From: Eledone cirrhosa | Lineage: Eukaryota | Direction of reading: 5' to 3' | Length of the DNA stretch: 64,000 nt | Assembly: GCA_964016885.1 (NCBI GenBank) | Contig: OZ024743.1 | Location: 333,002,001 to 333,066,000, forward strand | Part shown: piece by piece, positions 12,288 through 26,223 of the stretch | How positions within the stretch are numbered: the first letter of the stretch is position 1 | Layout of the letters: each line of letters opens with the position of its first letter | Made by a program: the position numbers and the translations under genes | Notes under the pieces: generated by a model | Told to the model about the DNA's origin: nothing | Database searches by the model: none | Seen by the model: only the letters and a program-made list of their open reading frames with translations

Positions 12288-12650
12288 TGTGTGGCCTAGT
12301 GGTTAGGGTGTTGGACTCACAATCATAAGATCAAGGATTTGATTCCTGGACGATGTGGTGCATTTTGTTCTTGAGCAAGATATTTTATTTCATGTCCCTC
12401 TTTCTGCCTCCCAACTTTACCTTTCATCCATTCGAGATAAAAATACATACCAGTCAAATACTGGAATTGATTCTTCCTCTATATCTCTTTCTCACGTCCA
12501 TTCCCTCACTGTCTATCCTTCTCTGCAAGAAATCTACAGTATTCAGACCTGGAGAGGATTGGGCTCCGCCAGGTTTTAAAATGTCCAAGTAACGCTGTAT
12601 ATTAATTTAGTGCCCCTTCAGCTCACCCATGAGTTATGGGACCCTGCCAT
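12288..12650 (+). mobile_element. Composite SINE family C; related copies at about 28410-28730(+) and 60525-60835(-)
   Basis: tRNA head, cctttcatcc..gataaa segment, shared cctggagagg..gggctc.gccagg..aaaatgccc tail. Confidence 0.6.
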
Positions 12651-13659
12651 GCACTCCTTCTGCCAACAGATAGTATCAGCCATGGAAAGACCATTGGAAA
12701 TATTGTTTCCTTGGTCTGATCTGACAATCAGCTCCTTTCTTGCTACCACATTTTTAAATTGTTTCATTTTTAAAATTTGTTTATTTTCCTTCTTTTTTTT
12801 TGTATGTACTAATTGCGGTTATCTCCCTTATTCAAAGGCAGATTACTTACTATGAATGACAAAATAAACAACTAGATTGTTGATAACTTTTATAATAATA
12901 AAGTTACTGTTAACATATTTAATGTGGGAATAGAAATAAGGCTGGATCCCCAAGTGAGACCAGCCAAGCTCATGGATGTTATCCAACCACTCTGAGCAAA
13001 ATGGTTGGATAACATCCACGAGCTTGGCTGGTCTCACTTGGAGATCCAGTAGGATCAGTTGGAGACAGTTGCTTCTGACAGAGCATTCTGGAAGGAGTGT
13101 TTGAGGACTCTGCACCCACGACCCTCTCAGGAATAAGTTGGAGAAAAAGAAGAATCAATTATTAGTTAATGATTACTATTTATTATTTTAATTCTAAAGA
13201 GAAGGAAGTGTAAACACACTTTCTACTGTTCTCCCTGTACATAGAAAAACATAAGCAATTATCTCCATAATTCTGTCTAAATTTTTCTGCAAAACACAAC
13301 GTATATGAGAAGATTTAACATTAATTTAGTATACAACCATCTTACTGGGCAATGTTGACTGGGACCACAAGGTTGATTGTCCCTTAAGTTTCATTTATCG
13401 TGGTGGGATGTGGAATAGATTTACTTCCTTAAGCATGAGTGGGTAAAGATTACAGCTTTTGAATTAGAAACCTTGTGAAAGAATAAAGTGTAAACACTAC
13501 TATTCCTTCAAAAAAAAAAAAACAGATTATCTTTAAATGTTTTAGAGATTATTGCCTACTTTTGTGATTCTGGCTACAGAGGAATCTTTATAGCATTACT
13601 ATTTTTGTCAAGCAGAAATATAGCTGAAATAGTCAGTCTAATTTGCATTAGTTTATACA

Positions 13660-13918
13660 GAAACTTGGCCAAGATAACTATTGCAATTGTTCAAAGACGG
13701 TTACGATTTGCAGGACATTGCTGGAAAAGTTATACACAAGCTACCATAGTGGGAACCAACTCACGAGATACACAGTAGAGGAAGACCTGCTCGATCCTTC
13801 ATCGAACAGCTCTCAGATGATACAAACCTCAGTAAAGAAGAGTTACCAGGAGCAATGGAAAATCGTGAATTGTGAAGAGACTTTGACAGGAATGTTAGAC
13901 TGGTCACAATGATGACGA
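13660..13918 (+). mobile_element. 3' remnant of another RTE/RTEX-like LINE
   Basis: PKITIAIVQRRLRFAGHCW reading; ends tgatgacga. Confidence 0.55.
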
Positions 13919-14105
13919 ATTTGTATGATATGCATTAGTCTGGAAGGAATAAAGGACCACAACAAACAGAACATTCTGAAAGATATAAAGCCTCTTAGTT
14001 TAGCTTGTATATTCATTTACATTACATATATCTGTTATTCATAACCGTCTGTTAACCTCATATCAAAGATGAAAATTACTTTAACTATTTATATGACACG
14101 ACTTC

Positions 14106-14434
14106 GTCATCATTTTACATCCGCTTTTCCCTGCTTGCAAGGGTGGGACGGGAGCTGATTCTGGCTTGATTTCTACAGCTGGATGCCCTTCCTAACACCA
14201 ACCTCATTTACAGTGAGTGCTGGGTGCTTTTTTGCCTGGCACCTCCACGACCACTTCACAGTGGAATGATAGGGACCCCAGTCCCTATCATCTCATTTCT
14301 ACAGCTGAGTAAACTGGAGCAATGTGAAATAAAGTGTCTTGCTCAAGGAAACAACACATCACCCGGTCTGAGAATTGAACTCACAACCTTTCGATTGCAA
14401 GGCCAATGCTCTAACCACTAAGCCATGTGCCTCC
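14106..14434 (-). mobile_element. tRNA-derived CORE-type SINE with RTE-derived tail (family A)
   Basis: A box tggcttagtgg, B box agttcaattct, ccttgagcaagacact core, (GAT)n tail shared with RTE LINEs. Confidence 0.88.
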
Positions 14435-14849
14435 ATTTAGAAATTAAGTTTCATAATTCTAATCCAGACTGGTACTATTTACACATACGGCAATAATACA
14501 TAAACTCTGTAAAGTAGCTGCTATTAGGAAGAATATCCAACTGTAGAAACTATGCCAAAATTTGGAATGATAGAGCATAACATATTCACTTAGGTAACAG
14601 AAGCTGTTAGCTATTTCTTGGAAACTTTCTGGGCATCTGAAGAAATTCATTTCATGTGTGTCTTGCTAACTACTCCTGTACATCTGCTACATACAAAGTT
14701 TTGTCTGTGACTGAACTGTGTCTCCTAGTTTACATGAAGTACACTATATAGTCACTTCCCAGATGACAATAGTGTGCTGTGTATTTTCCTGCTAATTAAA
14801 ACCTTTATTTTTTAGGCTTCTGTTTTCTAGGCTTCACTTCTTCATTTGG

Positions 14850-15410
14850 AATTTTTTCTCTAATTTTTCAAGATTCAGCTGTTCGAACTAAGTCGTCAGC
14901 ATAGAGAATTTTCCAGGGAAGTTAGTCATAAACAAATTTATTATAGCCTGGCAAAGTATAATGAGAAAGAGAAAAATCTGAAAACTGAACCCTAATGAAC
15001 ATCTAACAGCAGAACTCATTGATAACCCTTACATTGCTGACAGCATCTTACATTGCTGACAGCATCTCATGTCGCATGGATCTTACAAGTCTTTCCTCTG
15101 CACTTAATGTTTTAGTAACCACCTGACTACCAAGCATGGTAGTACCATCTCCAGGCTGACTAATGCTAGGTAAAGTGGTTTACTTGCAGCTAAGAACTTT
15201 TAGGAAGAGGGCATCAGTGCTACCCAGTCTTGGCACAAACCGATGTGCATCTTATCCATACTAATTCTCTTTTTAATCTGTTGTGCTGTAGCTCTTTCTG
15301 TTACTTTCATAACCTTGTCTATCAATTTCATGTTTCCTTAGTTGCTTTTTTCTAGATCATCTGCTTTGCCTTTATTGACACTGCTTTGCCAGTTGTTGGG
15401 TATGATATGT
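14850..15410 (-). mobile_element. Old RTE RT fragment
   Basis: Decayed PWxxLYADDLV and NxRxxKLIDKVMKVTER segments. Confidence 0.65.
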
Positions 15411-15894
15411 CCTTGACTGAAAGAATATGATGATGAGTACAAACAGCTGAAATGAGTTCCTCCAAAGGGTCTTTGAAGTAACGTTACTCAATAGAATGTG
15501 TAGCTCAGAGATCTGATATTATGTGGTTAGAATGTCTAAGGAAAGAAACACTGGACAGATATTACAGGCAAAACTAGCTGACAGGAGACCCAAGAGTAGA
15601 CCTTGAGCAGCCTGATTGGATAACATCCATGTGCTTGGCTGGTCTCGCTTGGGGATCCAGCTGGATCAGTTGGAGACGGTTGCTTCTAACAGGACCTGTT
15701 TCTAGGTACCTGATATTGATCCTTGCTTCCCACTTCTTCCAAGTCTTTCCAGGTTTGTCTCTTCCAGTTGTCCTAAACCTTGCTCCATCCAAAGATCCAT
15801 TCTGTCCTTGCAGTTGCTTGTCTTTACACTTTATCTTTTCCAATTGACAGGCTGATCCTTGAAATCTCTACTCTTTCTTGTCAAATAATAAAAG

Positions 15895-16172
15895 AAGTCT
15901 AAAGTCTGTCTCGAACCCAAAGACTCATCATGCCAGTGCTTATCTCAGTTTCCGTGGTGTTAAGTGACTGAGTACAAGACTCCCCCTTGAACAGCATGCC
16001 AGTTCATCGTTGGATTAAACCCCCAGCTATTGCTGGTACTTGTTTTCAGCTGAGTATACTGGAGCAATGTGAACTGAAGTGTTTTGCTCAAGAATACAAC
16101 ACACAACCCAGCCCAGGAATCAAACCCACAGCATTATGATCGTAGGTGCAACACTTTTACCACTAGGCCCTG
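15895..16172 (-). mobile_element. CORE-type SINE family B; second copy at about 38455-38803 (-) with duplicated tail
   Basis: ggcctagtggta head, ttgagcaaaacacttc core, agactttagactt tail. Confidence 0.75.
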
Positions 16173-17435
16173 TGTGGTAAAGGTACATTGTCAAATGAAC
16201 CACCTAGAAATTCTTTTTAGCTTCTATGCTTTCCTCCATAATGCCTTGTATCTTTCAGTTCATCTGAAGTGTCTAAGCACTCGTCAATGTTGACTGGGAC
16301 ATTTGATACCTTCTTTCTCCATATCACCCTGTCTCTCTGAGTCTATCCAACTCTTTCTCTCAGTCCATCTAACTCCCACTCTCTCTCTTATCCTAACGTT
16401 CCTAATCATTAGTCAATGTTGACTGCTACATTATTTACTCAGGAAAGATTTAGTATTCACAGCGAGTTCACCATCACCATCAACAGTATTAGAATGTGTA
16501 GTGTACTCTCTAGAGTGCCAAAATGAGTAAACATCTGTCCTAGCAGGGAGAATAGAATGATGATGATGATGATTTCCATGTTGGCATGGGTTAGACAGGT
16601 TGTCATCGTCCATGATCAGATAGGGAGTAACCTCTCAAACAGAGGTGTGTTTCTTGTGACACCTATACGTATGTATCTTTCATGGCACCAGCACTAGAGA
16701 GGTTGTCACATGCTAGGCCAGACAGAAGAGTCCTCTCAAACACTATAGTCTCTGGTCTGTCACCACATCTACTTTTATTGTCACCCAGTCTAGCTGGCTT
16801 TGAGTGTTATGAAGATGATCTATTGTGGAATTGTATTACAGAACCCCAACAGTTTTTGTTCCCTCTGCCTTCCATGTCCATGGGAGTAACCTTTATAGTG
16901 TTGCCCAACATTGAAGTCATCACATGCTGTATATACTCGTACTGATGGTAAGAGGGAGGTGGAGGGATTCAGTTTATATTCAAGATCAAAATTCTATATA
17001 AATGAGGTGCTAAAATATTTTTGCTTTGGAGGTGAATATTACATTAGTTTCACTTTGGAGGTGATTACACTGATTTCACTTTGGAGGTGAATATTACACA
17101 CTTTCAATGTGAAATTTGTATATTGATGAGTTTTCAAAACGTTTGTAAACTGTTAAAAAATCATTATGTAATGGAGTCCTAAAAGAAAAATTATATTTGC
17201 AATGAAAATTAAAATATTTAAATATCAAAAGTATTAAAACTTCATAAATATATTTTCCACTCAGAAAAATTTCAAAATCTAAACATAATGTGTTGATTAG
17301 CTACTTTGGCTTATAAACAGGGTTTGGATTTTTGCCTATTTCTCAGACATAAAATAGGGGTCAGCTTATATTTGAATATATATAGTAAATAATGAGGTCA
17401 CTGTAATTCATTATTGAAGTATTATGCAAGAGGGT

Positions 17436-17740
17436 GTATGACTTAGTGGTTAGAGCATTGGGCTTGCAATCATGAGATTGTTAGTTCGATCTCAGACCGG
17501 GTGATGCGTTGTGTCCTTGAGTAAGACACTTTATTTCGCGTTGCTCCAGTTTACTCAGCTGTAGAAATGAGTTGTGATGTCACTGGTGCCAAGCTGTATT
17601 GGCCGTTGCCTTTCCCTTGGACAACATCGGTGACATGGAGAGGGGGAGGCTAGTGTGCATGGGTGACTACTTGCCAGGCTTGTGCCTTGGAGAACCTTCT
17701 AGGTGCAAATCCCATGGTCATTCGTGACTGAAGGAGGTCT
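17436..17740 (+). mobile_element. CORE-type SINE with the family A head but a different body and tail
   Basis: A/B boxes and core; flanking repeat tta(t/c)gcaagagggt at 17422-17435 and 17741-17754. Confidence 0.8.
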
Positions 17741-18990
17741 TTACGCAAGAGGGTATTTGTGACTCCTCTCTATCTCCCCCCTCTACTTACTCTTCATCAT
17801 GCTACCAATTATGGTGCCAGATCTCAAGTTTTGAACCTGACAAGAAGAGAAGAATTTCTGGTGGTAGGTAAGTTGTATGATGTTCATTTTCTGCATTAGA
17901 ATAGAAAGAAGGGAGTCAATGCACCAGGTGACCCCACTACCATTTTAGCTGTGAAAATATTCATCATCATTTAGCCTCCATTTTCCACACTAGCATGGGT
18001 TAGATGAGTTATGCCATTGTGAAACAAGTCAGATCAGATGACCATGTCTTGCTCGTACAGAACTGTTTCTGGTTTGGTTCTTACAGCTGGGTGCCCTTCC
18101 TAACATCAACTACATTTACAGTGTGGACTAGGTTCTTTTTCATCATATCACCCATCAGCATGACAACCTAACAGGGTAGACTGGGTGCTTTTTGTTGAGT
18201 CACCAACACAATCATTTTACAGGGCGGGCTGGGTGCTTTTTGCTGTGTCACCAACACGACCACTGTACGTAAAAATGAGAGAAAGAGGAACAATTGACCC
18301 CAGTTCTTTACTGGTATCTTATCAACTTCAAAAGGATGAAAGGCAAAGTTGCCCTCATTGTGATTTGAACTCACAACCAGAACAAATACCATGAAATAAT
18401 CTATCCAATGTTCTAACAACTTTGCCAGTTTGCTTCTTACAGAATTCAATATTTTCAACATAAAAACTACCCAAATAAATATTAATTTGTTCACTTTTTC
18501 TTTTGGGCTGAACATGTTTTTACTACAACAAATATTTCACTGTCAACTGTTCTCCTGACTGAACTTGTTCATCACCTCATTTAAATGTCCACTCTCTCTG
18601 CTAGCAAAGGTTAAACTTATGACAAGTATTTTATTGTTAAATATTCTTCTTAATACTATGTTATCAACTATAAGTCTTCTTCTCCCACTATTTCCTGAGA
18701 GGGTTGTCGGAGCAGAGTCCTCAAACTTCTTTCAGCGAGTCCTGTCAAAAGCAACCATTTCTAATTGATCCAGCTGGCTTCCCAAGTGAGACCAGCCAAG
18801 CTCATGGATGTTATCTAACCACCTTGCTTGGGGTCTAACCCTGGGTCTCCTTCTGGTTGGTTTTACCTGGAAAATCTGTCCAGTAATTCTTTGCTGAGAC
18901 ATTCTGAGCACATGTCTATAGTATCGGAGCTCTGATCTCTCAATTTGGCTCTACCTGGAGTGACTCTCTGATCTCCAAGCTATGCACTGT

Positions 18991-19990
18991 ATCATCATCA
19001 TCATCATGGTTTTACGTCCATTCTTCCACGCTAGCATGGGTTTGACGGGTTGTCCTGTTGTGGGCAGTGTCGGCTGACCTTGTCTTGCTCATACAGGAAC
19101 TGATTCTGGCTTGATTTCTACAGCTGGATGCCCTTCCTAACACCAACCTCATTTACAGTGAGTGCTGGATGCTTTTTTTCTGTGGCGCCTACACGTCCAC
19201 TTTACAGTGTGGGCTGGGTGCTTTTTTGCCCTGGCACCTCCACGACCACTTTGCAGTGAGAGAGTGTGGGGGCATATTGTCTATATGCTTCAGCTTCTGC
19301 TCGTACCTGTGGGAGGTCGGGTCTTCTGTATTACTGCGTGATGCCAGAGGTCACGGTCGTGTGTCATCGCCTTTGAGAGGTGCAATTGGGTAAGGCCGGC
19401 TTTTATCACCTCATCCCAGGTTTTCTTGGGACTCCCCACTCAGTGGTTTCCATTGACTTCTAGTGCTCTGCACCTTTTTATGCAGCTGTCATCCTTCATA
19501 CGCATCACATGTCCATACCAATGCAACCGCCTCTCCTGCACACTGCATCTGATTCCTCTTATGTTCAGTCTTTCTCTCAATTCATTTATGCTTTGCCGTT
19601 CGCATATATTACTATTACACATCCATCGGATCATGCAGGCTTCGTTTCTTTCTAATCTACGTAAGTCTTCCACCTTCAGCGCCCAGGTTTCACTTCCATG
19701 TAACATTGCTGTTCGTATACACCCATCATACAGTCTGCCTTTCATTTTGAGGGAGAAGCCTTTTGCAGCTAGCAGTAGCTCCCTGAACTTCTTTCACCCC
19801 GTTCTTACCCTGGTTACTGTACTTTCCGAACACCCACCTCTGCTGCTAATTCGGTCACCTCGGTAGCAGAATCTGTCTACTGTTTCTACAGAGCCCTCCC
19901 AGAGATTGGTGGTACTTGTTTCCTGTGGCTGTTTGCTGCTTGCTGTCCCAGGACAGCTGCTACATGTGAAGCCTACATTCTTAGTATCAC
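18991..19990 (-). mobile_element. GAT-tailed RTE 3' portion nested in a GAA-tailed RTE
   Basis: ORF MLHGSETW..RRLHWYGHV. Host sequence resumes at about 19991, as judged against 63165-63210. Confidence 0.85.
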
Positions 19991-20257
19991 GTAATGTTAC
20001 TCCAAAGACCCTTCGGAGGAACTCCAATTCATCTGCTTCATATTCAATCATATTCTTTCAGTCATTACCCAAGATTCATGACCATAGGTAAGGGTTGGCA
20101 CAAATACTGAATTAAAGATAGCAAGTTTAGCTTTTACAATAAGTAGCTGATAATATTTATTTGCAGGTTGAATTGACCAAAGCAAGTAAAATTGAGTGTT
20201 TTATTTCTCTCTAATGTTTGTTTAATGTAACAATGCTGAGCCACTACACTCTACATT

Positions 20258-23255
20258 CATCATCATCGTCGTTTAACGTGCATCTTCCACACTAGCATGG
20301 GTCTGGACGGGAATTGTCCCACTTGAGGCAAGATTGGTTGTCTTGCTCGTATAGGACTGTCTGGCGGGTTTTCTATGGCTGGATGCCCTTCCTAACACCA
20401 ACCACGTTTACAGTGTGGACTGGAAAGGTTTTTACCGTGTTACCTACACGGCCACATTACAGCGTGGACTGTGTGTTTTTCTGTCGTGACACCTACACGA
20501 CCTCATTTATTTAGGACTGGATGTTGTGGTACCAACATAACTTTACATCGAAAGGGGTGGTGTTGATGGGGGTAGGGGTAGGGTTAGTGGGATGGGGGTG
20601 TATTTTGGTTAAGAGGTGCCTACTGACTGTAGGTTTTGCTTTGTACTTAGGCAAGGTGGGTCTTCTGTATTACTACGTAGCACCAAAGATCTCGGTCCAG
20701 TGACATTGTCTTGGAGAGGTGTAAGTGTGTGAGGTTGGATTTTATCAAGTTGTCCCAGGTTTTTCTGGGTCTGCCTACTCCGTGGCTACCGTCTATTTTG
20801 ATCGCCCTGCACTTTTTTATACAGCTGTCATCTTTCATGTGCATCACGTGACCATACCAACGTAGTCTTCTCTCGAGTAAACAGCATCTGATCCTTCTTA
20901 TTCCTAATTTCTCACTTAGTTCATTTATGCTTTGCCGTTCGCGTATATTACTATTACACATCCAATGGAGCATGCAAGCTTCGTTCCTCTCCAGTCTGCG
21001 TAGATACACTGCACACAAGGCCCATGTCTCACTGCCATGTAACATCGCTGTTCGTATGCAGGCATCATACAGCCTGCCTTTTATTTTTAGAGAGAAACCT
21101 TTAGCGGGCAATAGTGGTATAAGCTCTCCGAACTTTTCCCATCCAGTTCAGACTCTAGCTACTGTACTTTCAGAGCACCCTCCCCCACTGCTGATTTTGT
21201 CACCCAGGTAACAGATATGGTCCACTATTTCTATAGAACCATCTGGGCAATGGAATGAGCTAGTATTCTGTGGGCATTTCCTGCTACTTATTGAACCAGA
21301 GCACCGGCCACATATAAAATCTATGTTCTTAGTTAGCTTACCTGTGATCCCACATCTTTTATGCACCCATACTTTGCATTTGGGACATAAAATGGAGTTT
21401 CTGTCTACTCCTTTCCTACACACTGAGCATGGCCATTTCCCAGATGAGACAAGTGCCCTATTCTCCTTCCTACATATTAGGACTTTAGTCTTAGACAAGT
21501 TAACTTTAAGGCCTTTTGATTCTAGGCCATGCTTCCATGTTTGGAATTTCTTCTCTAGTTCAGCCATTGATTCAGCTATGAGCGTTAGATCATCTGCGTA
21601 TAGAAGTTCCCATGGGCAGCCGGTCTTGAACTCCTCCGTTATAGCTTGGAGGGCGATAATAAATAGGAGGGGGCTAAGGACGGAGCCCTGATGAACACCA
21701 ACTTTTACGCTAAACTCTTCACTATATTCGTTGTTAATTCTAACCTTGCTGACTGTTTCTTTATACATGGCTTGTATAGCTCTCACAAGCCATTCATCTA
21801 CACCTAGTTTTCTAAGAGCCCACCAAATAATGGAGCGGGGGACTCTGTCAAGGGCTTTCTCCAGATCTACAAAAGCTAAGTATAGGGGTTTACTTTTAGC
21901 TAGGTACTTCTCCTGTAGTTGTCATACAATGAAAAGAGCGTCTGTGGTACTTTTACCTGACACAAACCCGAATTGCATTTCATCTAGATCAATTCGCTCT
22001 CTGATTAGTTGCGCTATAACTTTTTCTGTGACCTTCATGATCTGGTCAATTAATTTAATGCCTCTATAGTTTCCCCTATCTAGAGCATCTCCTTTACCCT
22101 TGTCGCAGTTAATGATGATGCTGCTACGCCAGTCCTTTGGTATGACCCCATTCTGTATAACTTGGTTTACTATCCGGGTGACCATAGTGTGTCCCACCGT
22201 TCCAGATGCTTTCAGCATTTCAGCAATTATTTCCGAAGGCCCAGCCGCCTTCATATCTTTGATTGCCTTACTTATTATACTACCTTCAACTTGCACTGCT
22301 GGTCCCTCTATTGGATCGATGTGGGGGAGACTCATTTAGTAGCCTTTCGTAGTGACACTTCCAAGCTACCTTCTTATCAGCGTCAGTGATGGCAAGTACA
22401 CCATCATCATTACGGACACACTTCTCCCCAACAATATCACGGTTCTCCTTGACACAGTCTAGTAATCCTGAACACCTCACGTTTTTGGTCCTCGCGTTGT
22501 AGAACATGCTTGAACTTTCTTTCCTCTGCTTCCCTTCTTGCGAAGTACACTTGTCTCCTAGCTTCCCTCCTGGCCACTTGATAGTCTTCTCTATTTCCCC
22601 CATACTTTCCAAGCCTGCTTTTTGGCCTTGATCGACTCCTCCACCACCTAGTTACTCTCCTCCTGCCTATAGGTCTGCTCCAGCCACAGATTTAATCTGT
22701 CGCCTTCAGCTTGTTAGCTTTCAGGAATTCCCACTGTTCCTCTATATTGTATGACTAATTGTTCTTCCTTACTGTCAAAAGCATCAAGTAATATGCTTTT
22801 AAATTTATTACTGGCTGTGGGGTCCTTTAACTTCCATATTTTTCTCCTCAGGGTAGTCCTCCTCTGTTGTCGAATACGTCTCGTCCTGACTATGAGGCTA
22901 TGTTGGGAGGTGCATTCTTCATGGGGGAGGGATTTAGTGTTTACAAGAGACACTCTGTCTCGTCTTCTGGTAAGGATATAATCTATCTGACTGGCGTGTT
23001 CCCCTGATCGATAGGTGATCAAGTGATTGTCTCGTTTTTTGAAGTTTGTGTTACAGATAGTTCGATTATTTGTGTCACAGAATTCCAGGATTCTGGAGCC
23101 TTCCTCATTTCTAGTACCAAACCCATAGCCTCCATGGATTCCGTCACAGTGTTGTCCAACATGACCATTTAGGTCGCCAGCAATAATTATATAGTCACTG
23201 TTGGTTATTTGGGAGGTAATGAGCATTAACGACTCATAGAATCTGTCTTTCTTTA
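20258..23255 (-). mobile_element. 5'-truncated, frameshifted RTE-clade LINE: APE endonuclease, RT, PHD-like Cys-rich insert, 3'UTR, (GAT)n tail
   Basis: ORFs with GDLNGHVG and SQIDYIL (APE), NYRGIKL, GVHQGSVLSPLLF and LLYADD (RT), CxxC..CxxCxxWVHxxC..CxxC, and RRLRWYGHV/GRPRKTW. Confidence 0.93.
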
Positions 23256-23819
23256 GCGAAATTAAACAAATCAGTCGGTTACTCAGCTACTAATGAGATA
23301 ATACATATAATTACATAAAAATTAAACAAATCGGTCAGTAAGTACGTAATTTGATAATACATTTAATTAGATTCTTTTCACTGTTTACCTTCATCAATAC
23401 CTCTCTTTTTCTATAGGTCTATATCTTTCTACTGGTTCCAATCATTGAACTGTGGCCATGCTGGGGCACTACATTGTAGGTTTTCTTATTTTTGACCATA
23501 TCAACCCCAATACTTAGTTGTTTTGTAAATAAAAAAGCAATAAAATAAGTCACCTTTTGATATGAAGGAATGCAATTCAAGGCAACATTTTGCACCAATA
23601 TACACAAAGATAGGTACACATCTCACCTTTGAGTACTCTGTTGAGTAATGGTCTAACTAGTTTTATCTGGTTCTTGATACACACACCTAACAGGATTCAG
23701 CATAGTTTCTGTCTACATATTCTACTGAAGACATTGTTAAATATTGAACATATGAGCGAGATGATGTCATTTCGATATCTTTCACCTTAAACCACGACAG
23801 CATGTAGAGTGGATGTAAA

Positions 23820-24733
23820 AAACGACGCTATGGAAACAGCAGTTGGAATCAAGAGGACTGAGAGTGAACATAGCTAAGACAAAAGCATTGATAAATAGAA
23901 AAGAGGACAAAATTCTGATTCCATCAGGGAAGTGGCCATGTTCGATATGTAGAAAAGGAACCGGCATAAATTCTATAAAATGTACACAATGCAGATGTTG
24001 GGTACACAAGAGATGTAGTGGGATAGCAGGCAAACTAACAGGTAGGGAAAACTACGTATGCAGTAGATGTACAGAGAAATTTGACAGTAGAAGTCGCAGT
24101 GATAGACACATTTTTCAAATGCAGGTGGGTTCTATAGAAGTGGTTGATAGCTTCGGTACCTAGGTGATCAGATTAGCATGGGAGGGGGGTGTTCCAAGGC
24201 CATAGTATCTAGAATAAAGACGGATTGGAAGAAGTTTAGGGAGCTGCTTCCTCTGTTGACAAAGAACGGTTTCTCTCTGAGTACGAAAGGCCAGTTATAT
24301 CATGCCTGTGTGAGATGCGCGATGCTGCATGGTAGTGAGACATGGGCAGCAACTGCAGAGGAAATGAGGCAAGCATGCTCCGTTGGATATGCAATGTCAA
24401 TGTGCATAAACGACCAAGCATAGGTGAGTTGAGAGAGAAACTGTGTATAAGAGGGATAAGTTGTAGTGTGCGGGAGAGAATAATGCGATGGTGTGGACAT
24501 GTGATGCGCATGGAGGATGACCGCTGGGTAAAGAAGTGCCAAGAAATCCCAGTAGAAGGAAGATGCAGTAGAGGAAGACCACGAAAAACATGGGCGGAGG
24601 TGGTAAGAGCAGACCTCAGATCGCTGATGCTCACGGAGGAGATGACAAAGGACCGTGACAAGTGGAGAGATGCTGTGCTGAATAGGACCTGTCCCACCCT
24701 TGTAAGCAGGGAAAAGTGGACGTAAAATGATGA
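23820..24733 (+). mobile_element. RTE 3' portion of a second PHD-insert family with a very short 3'UTR
   Basis: KWPCSICRKG..WVHKRC and GRPRKTW; tail gcagggaaaagtggacgtaaaatgatga. Confidence 0.88.
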
Positions 24734-24911
24734 TCTCACCAATGTCAGAGGGTTTGTGAAGATTATGAACACAGCCCTTTACTTCAGACTAATCTATTGA
24801 AAACAAAATGAAACTAGAAATGTAAACCACTATAGTAACATAGAGGTCTTCATACAACTAACTTGCTTCACAAAGAAATTGTGTAAAGCCTCTGATATCA
24901 ACTCACTTTAA

Positions 24912-25322
24912 TTCTTAACATCCTGTATCACATGAAACCACATTAGCAAGACATTCTTGAAAGTAAAAAACAGCACTATGACTGCATCAGCATCGGTTAA
25001 TGTCTGTTTTCCCTGCTAGCAAGGGTTGGACATGTCACAGATCAATCAGTACTCGAGTGGAGCCTCTGACTTTCAGGTGAGCTGGGGCCAAATATACGAT
25101 CCCACACTCAACTGAGTGCATTTTATCATGCTACCAACAATAGGGAAGTTTTCATGGCTTTGGCATAGCTGAAGAGTTTTCCTAGCTCTTTGTTTGGTAG
25201 TTTTATTCTAATATTGCAAATGCTCACAACAATCTGTCCACTGGTAAAGATACTATAAACATTTGAATTAACAAACCTGTTTATACATTTTTTTTTTCTA
25301 AATCATGACAGGATGTTAAGAA
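24912..25322. mobile_element. TTAA-flanked MITE family 1
   Basis: TTAA|ttcttaacatcctgt ... acaggatgttaagaa|TTAA. Confidence 0.75.
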
Positions 25323-25627
25323 TTAAAAAAAAAACAAACACAAAAATAAAATAAAAAAAAAGATTTCACAGGGTATAATTATTTTGTTTTTATTTTGTAG
25401 AATTTTCAAAGGTTTTTTTTCCATCTATTTTCCCCCCCACTTGAAAAATTGTCTTTCAGACATGGTCAATCCATTTAATTCCTAACAACCGCCCCAAAAT
25501 GGTTTTACTCACACAAAATAATGAAAAAGAACAAATAATAGGGAGGTGTTGAACAAAATATGGGGTTTTCTTGAAAAAATATAAATGCCCTTTAAAATCA
25601 GGTTTGACTGATGTCGTTCAGAATGTG

Positions 25628-25826
25628 GATATGTCAACCTGTTTGACTGTATAGGTGTGTCAACCTGTTTGACTGTATGGGTGTGTGTGTCAACCTGTTT
25701 GATTGTATAGGTGTGTCCATCTGTTTGACTGTATGACTGTGTGTCCATCTGTTTGACTGTATGAGTGTATGTCAATTTGTTAGATTGCATAGATGTGTCT
25801 CAATTCATTTGATTGCATGGATAGGT
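25628..25826. repeat. ~22-28 bp degenerate minisatellite
   Basis: Repeated gtgtgtcaacctgtttgactgtat. Confidence 0.8.
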
Positions 25827-26223
25827 ATCAGAAGTAACTCTGTCTGTGCGTGTGTGTGTGTGTATGTGTGTGTGCGTTCGCGTGTGTGTGAAGAAACCCA
25901 GAAAACTGCAGTAAAAACTATCCATAACAACATATTTAAAGAATTAGAATAATGTGAATATTAAAATATTCTTTGTAAATTTACTTGGAAGAAAATATAT
26001 GTTAAAGGCAACATTTTTGTCCCCAATAGAGTATGGCGGATCATCTATTATTTTCAAGGACTCAATATGGTAGTCTTCTAATACTGAACTGTAAACAAAT
26101 TAAACAAAGAAAACAACAACAATAAAAAACAGGGACAAAGTGATAGTTTTAAAAAACCCAATGAAGTGACTCTATTAAAAGATGAAATGTAAAAAAATTA
26201 GGCAGAACGGATATAATAGGAGC

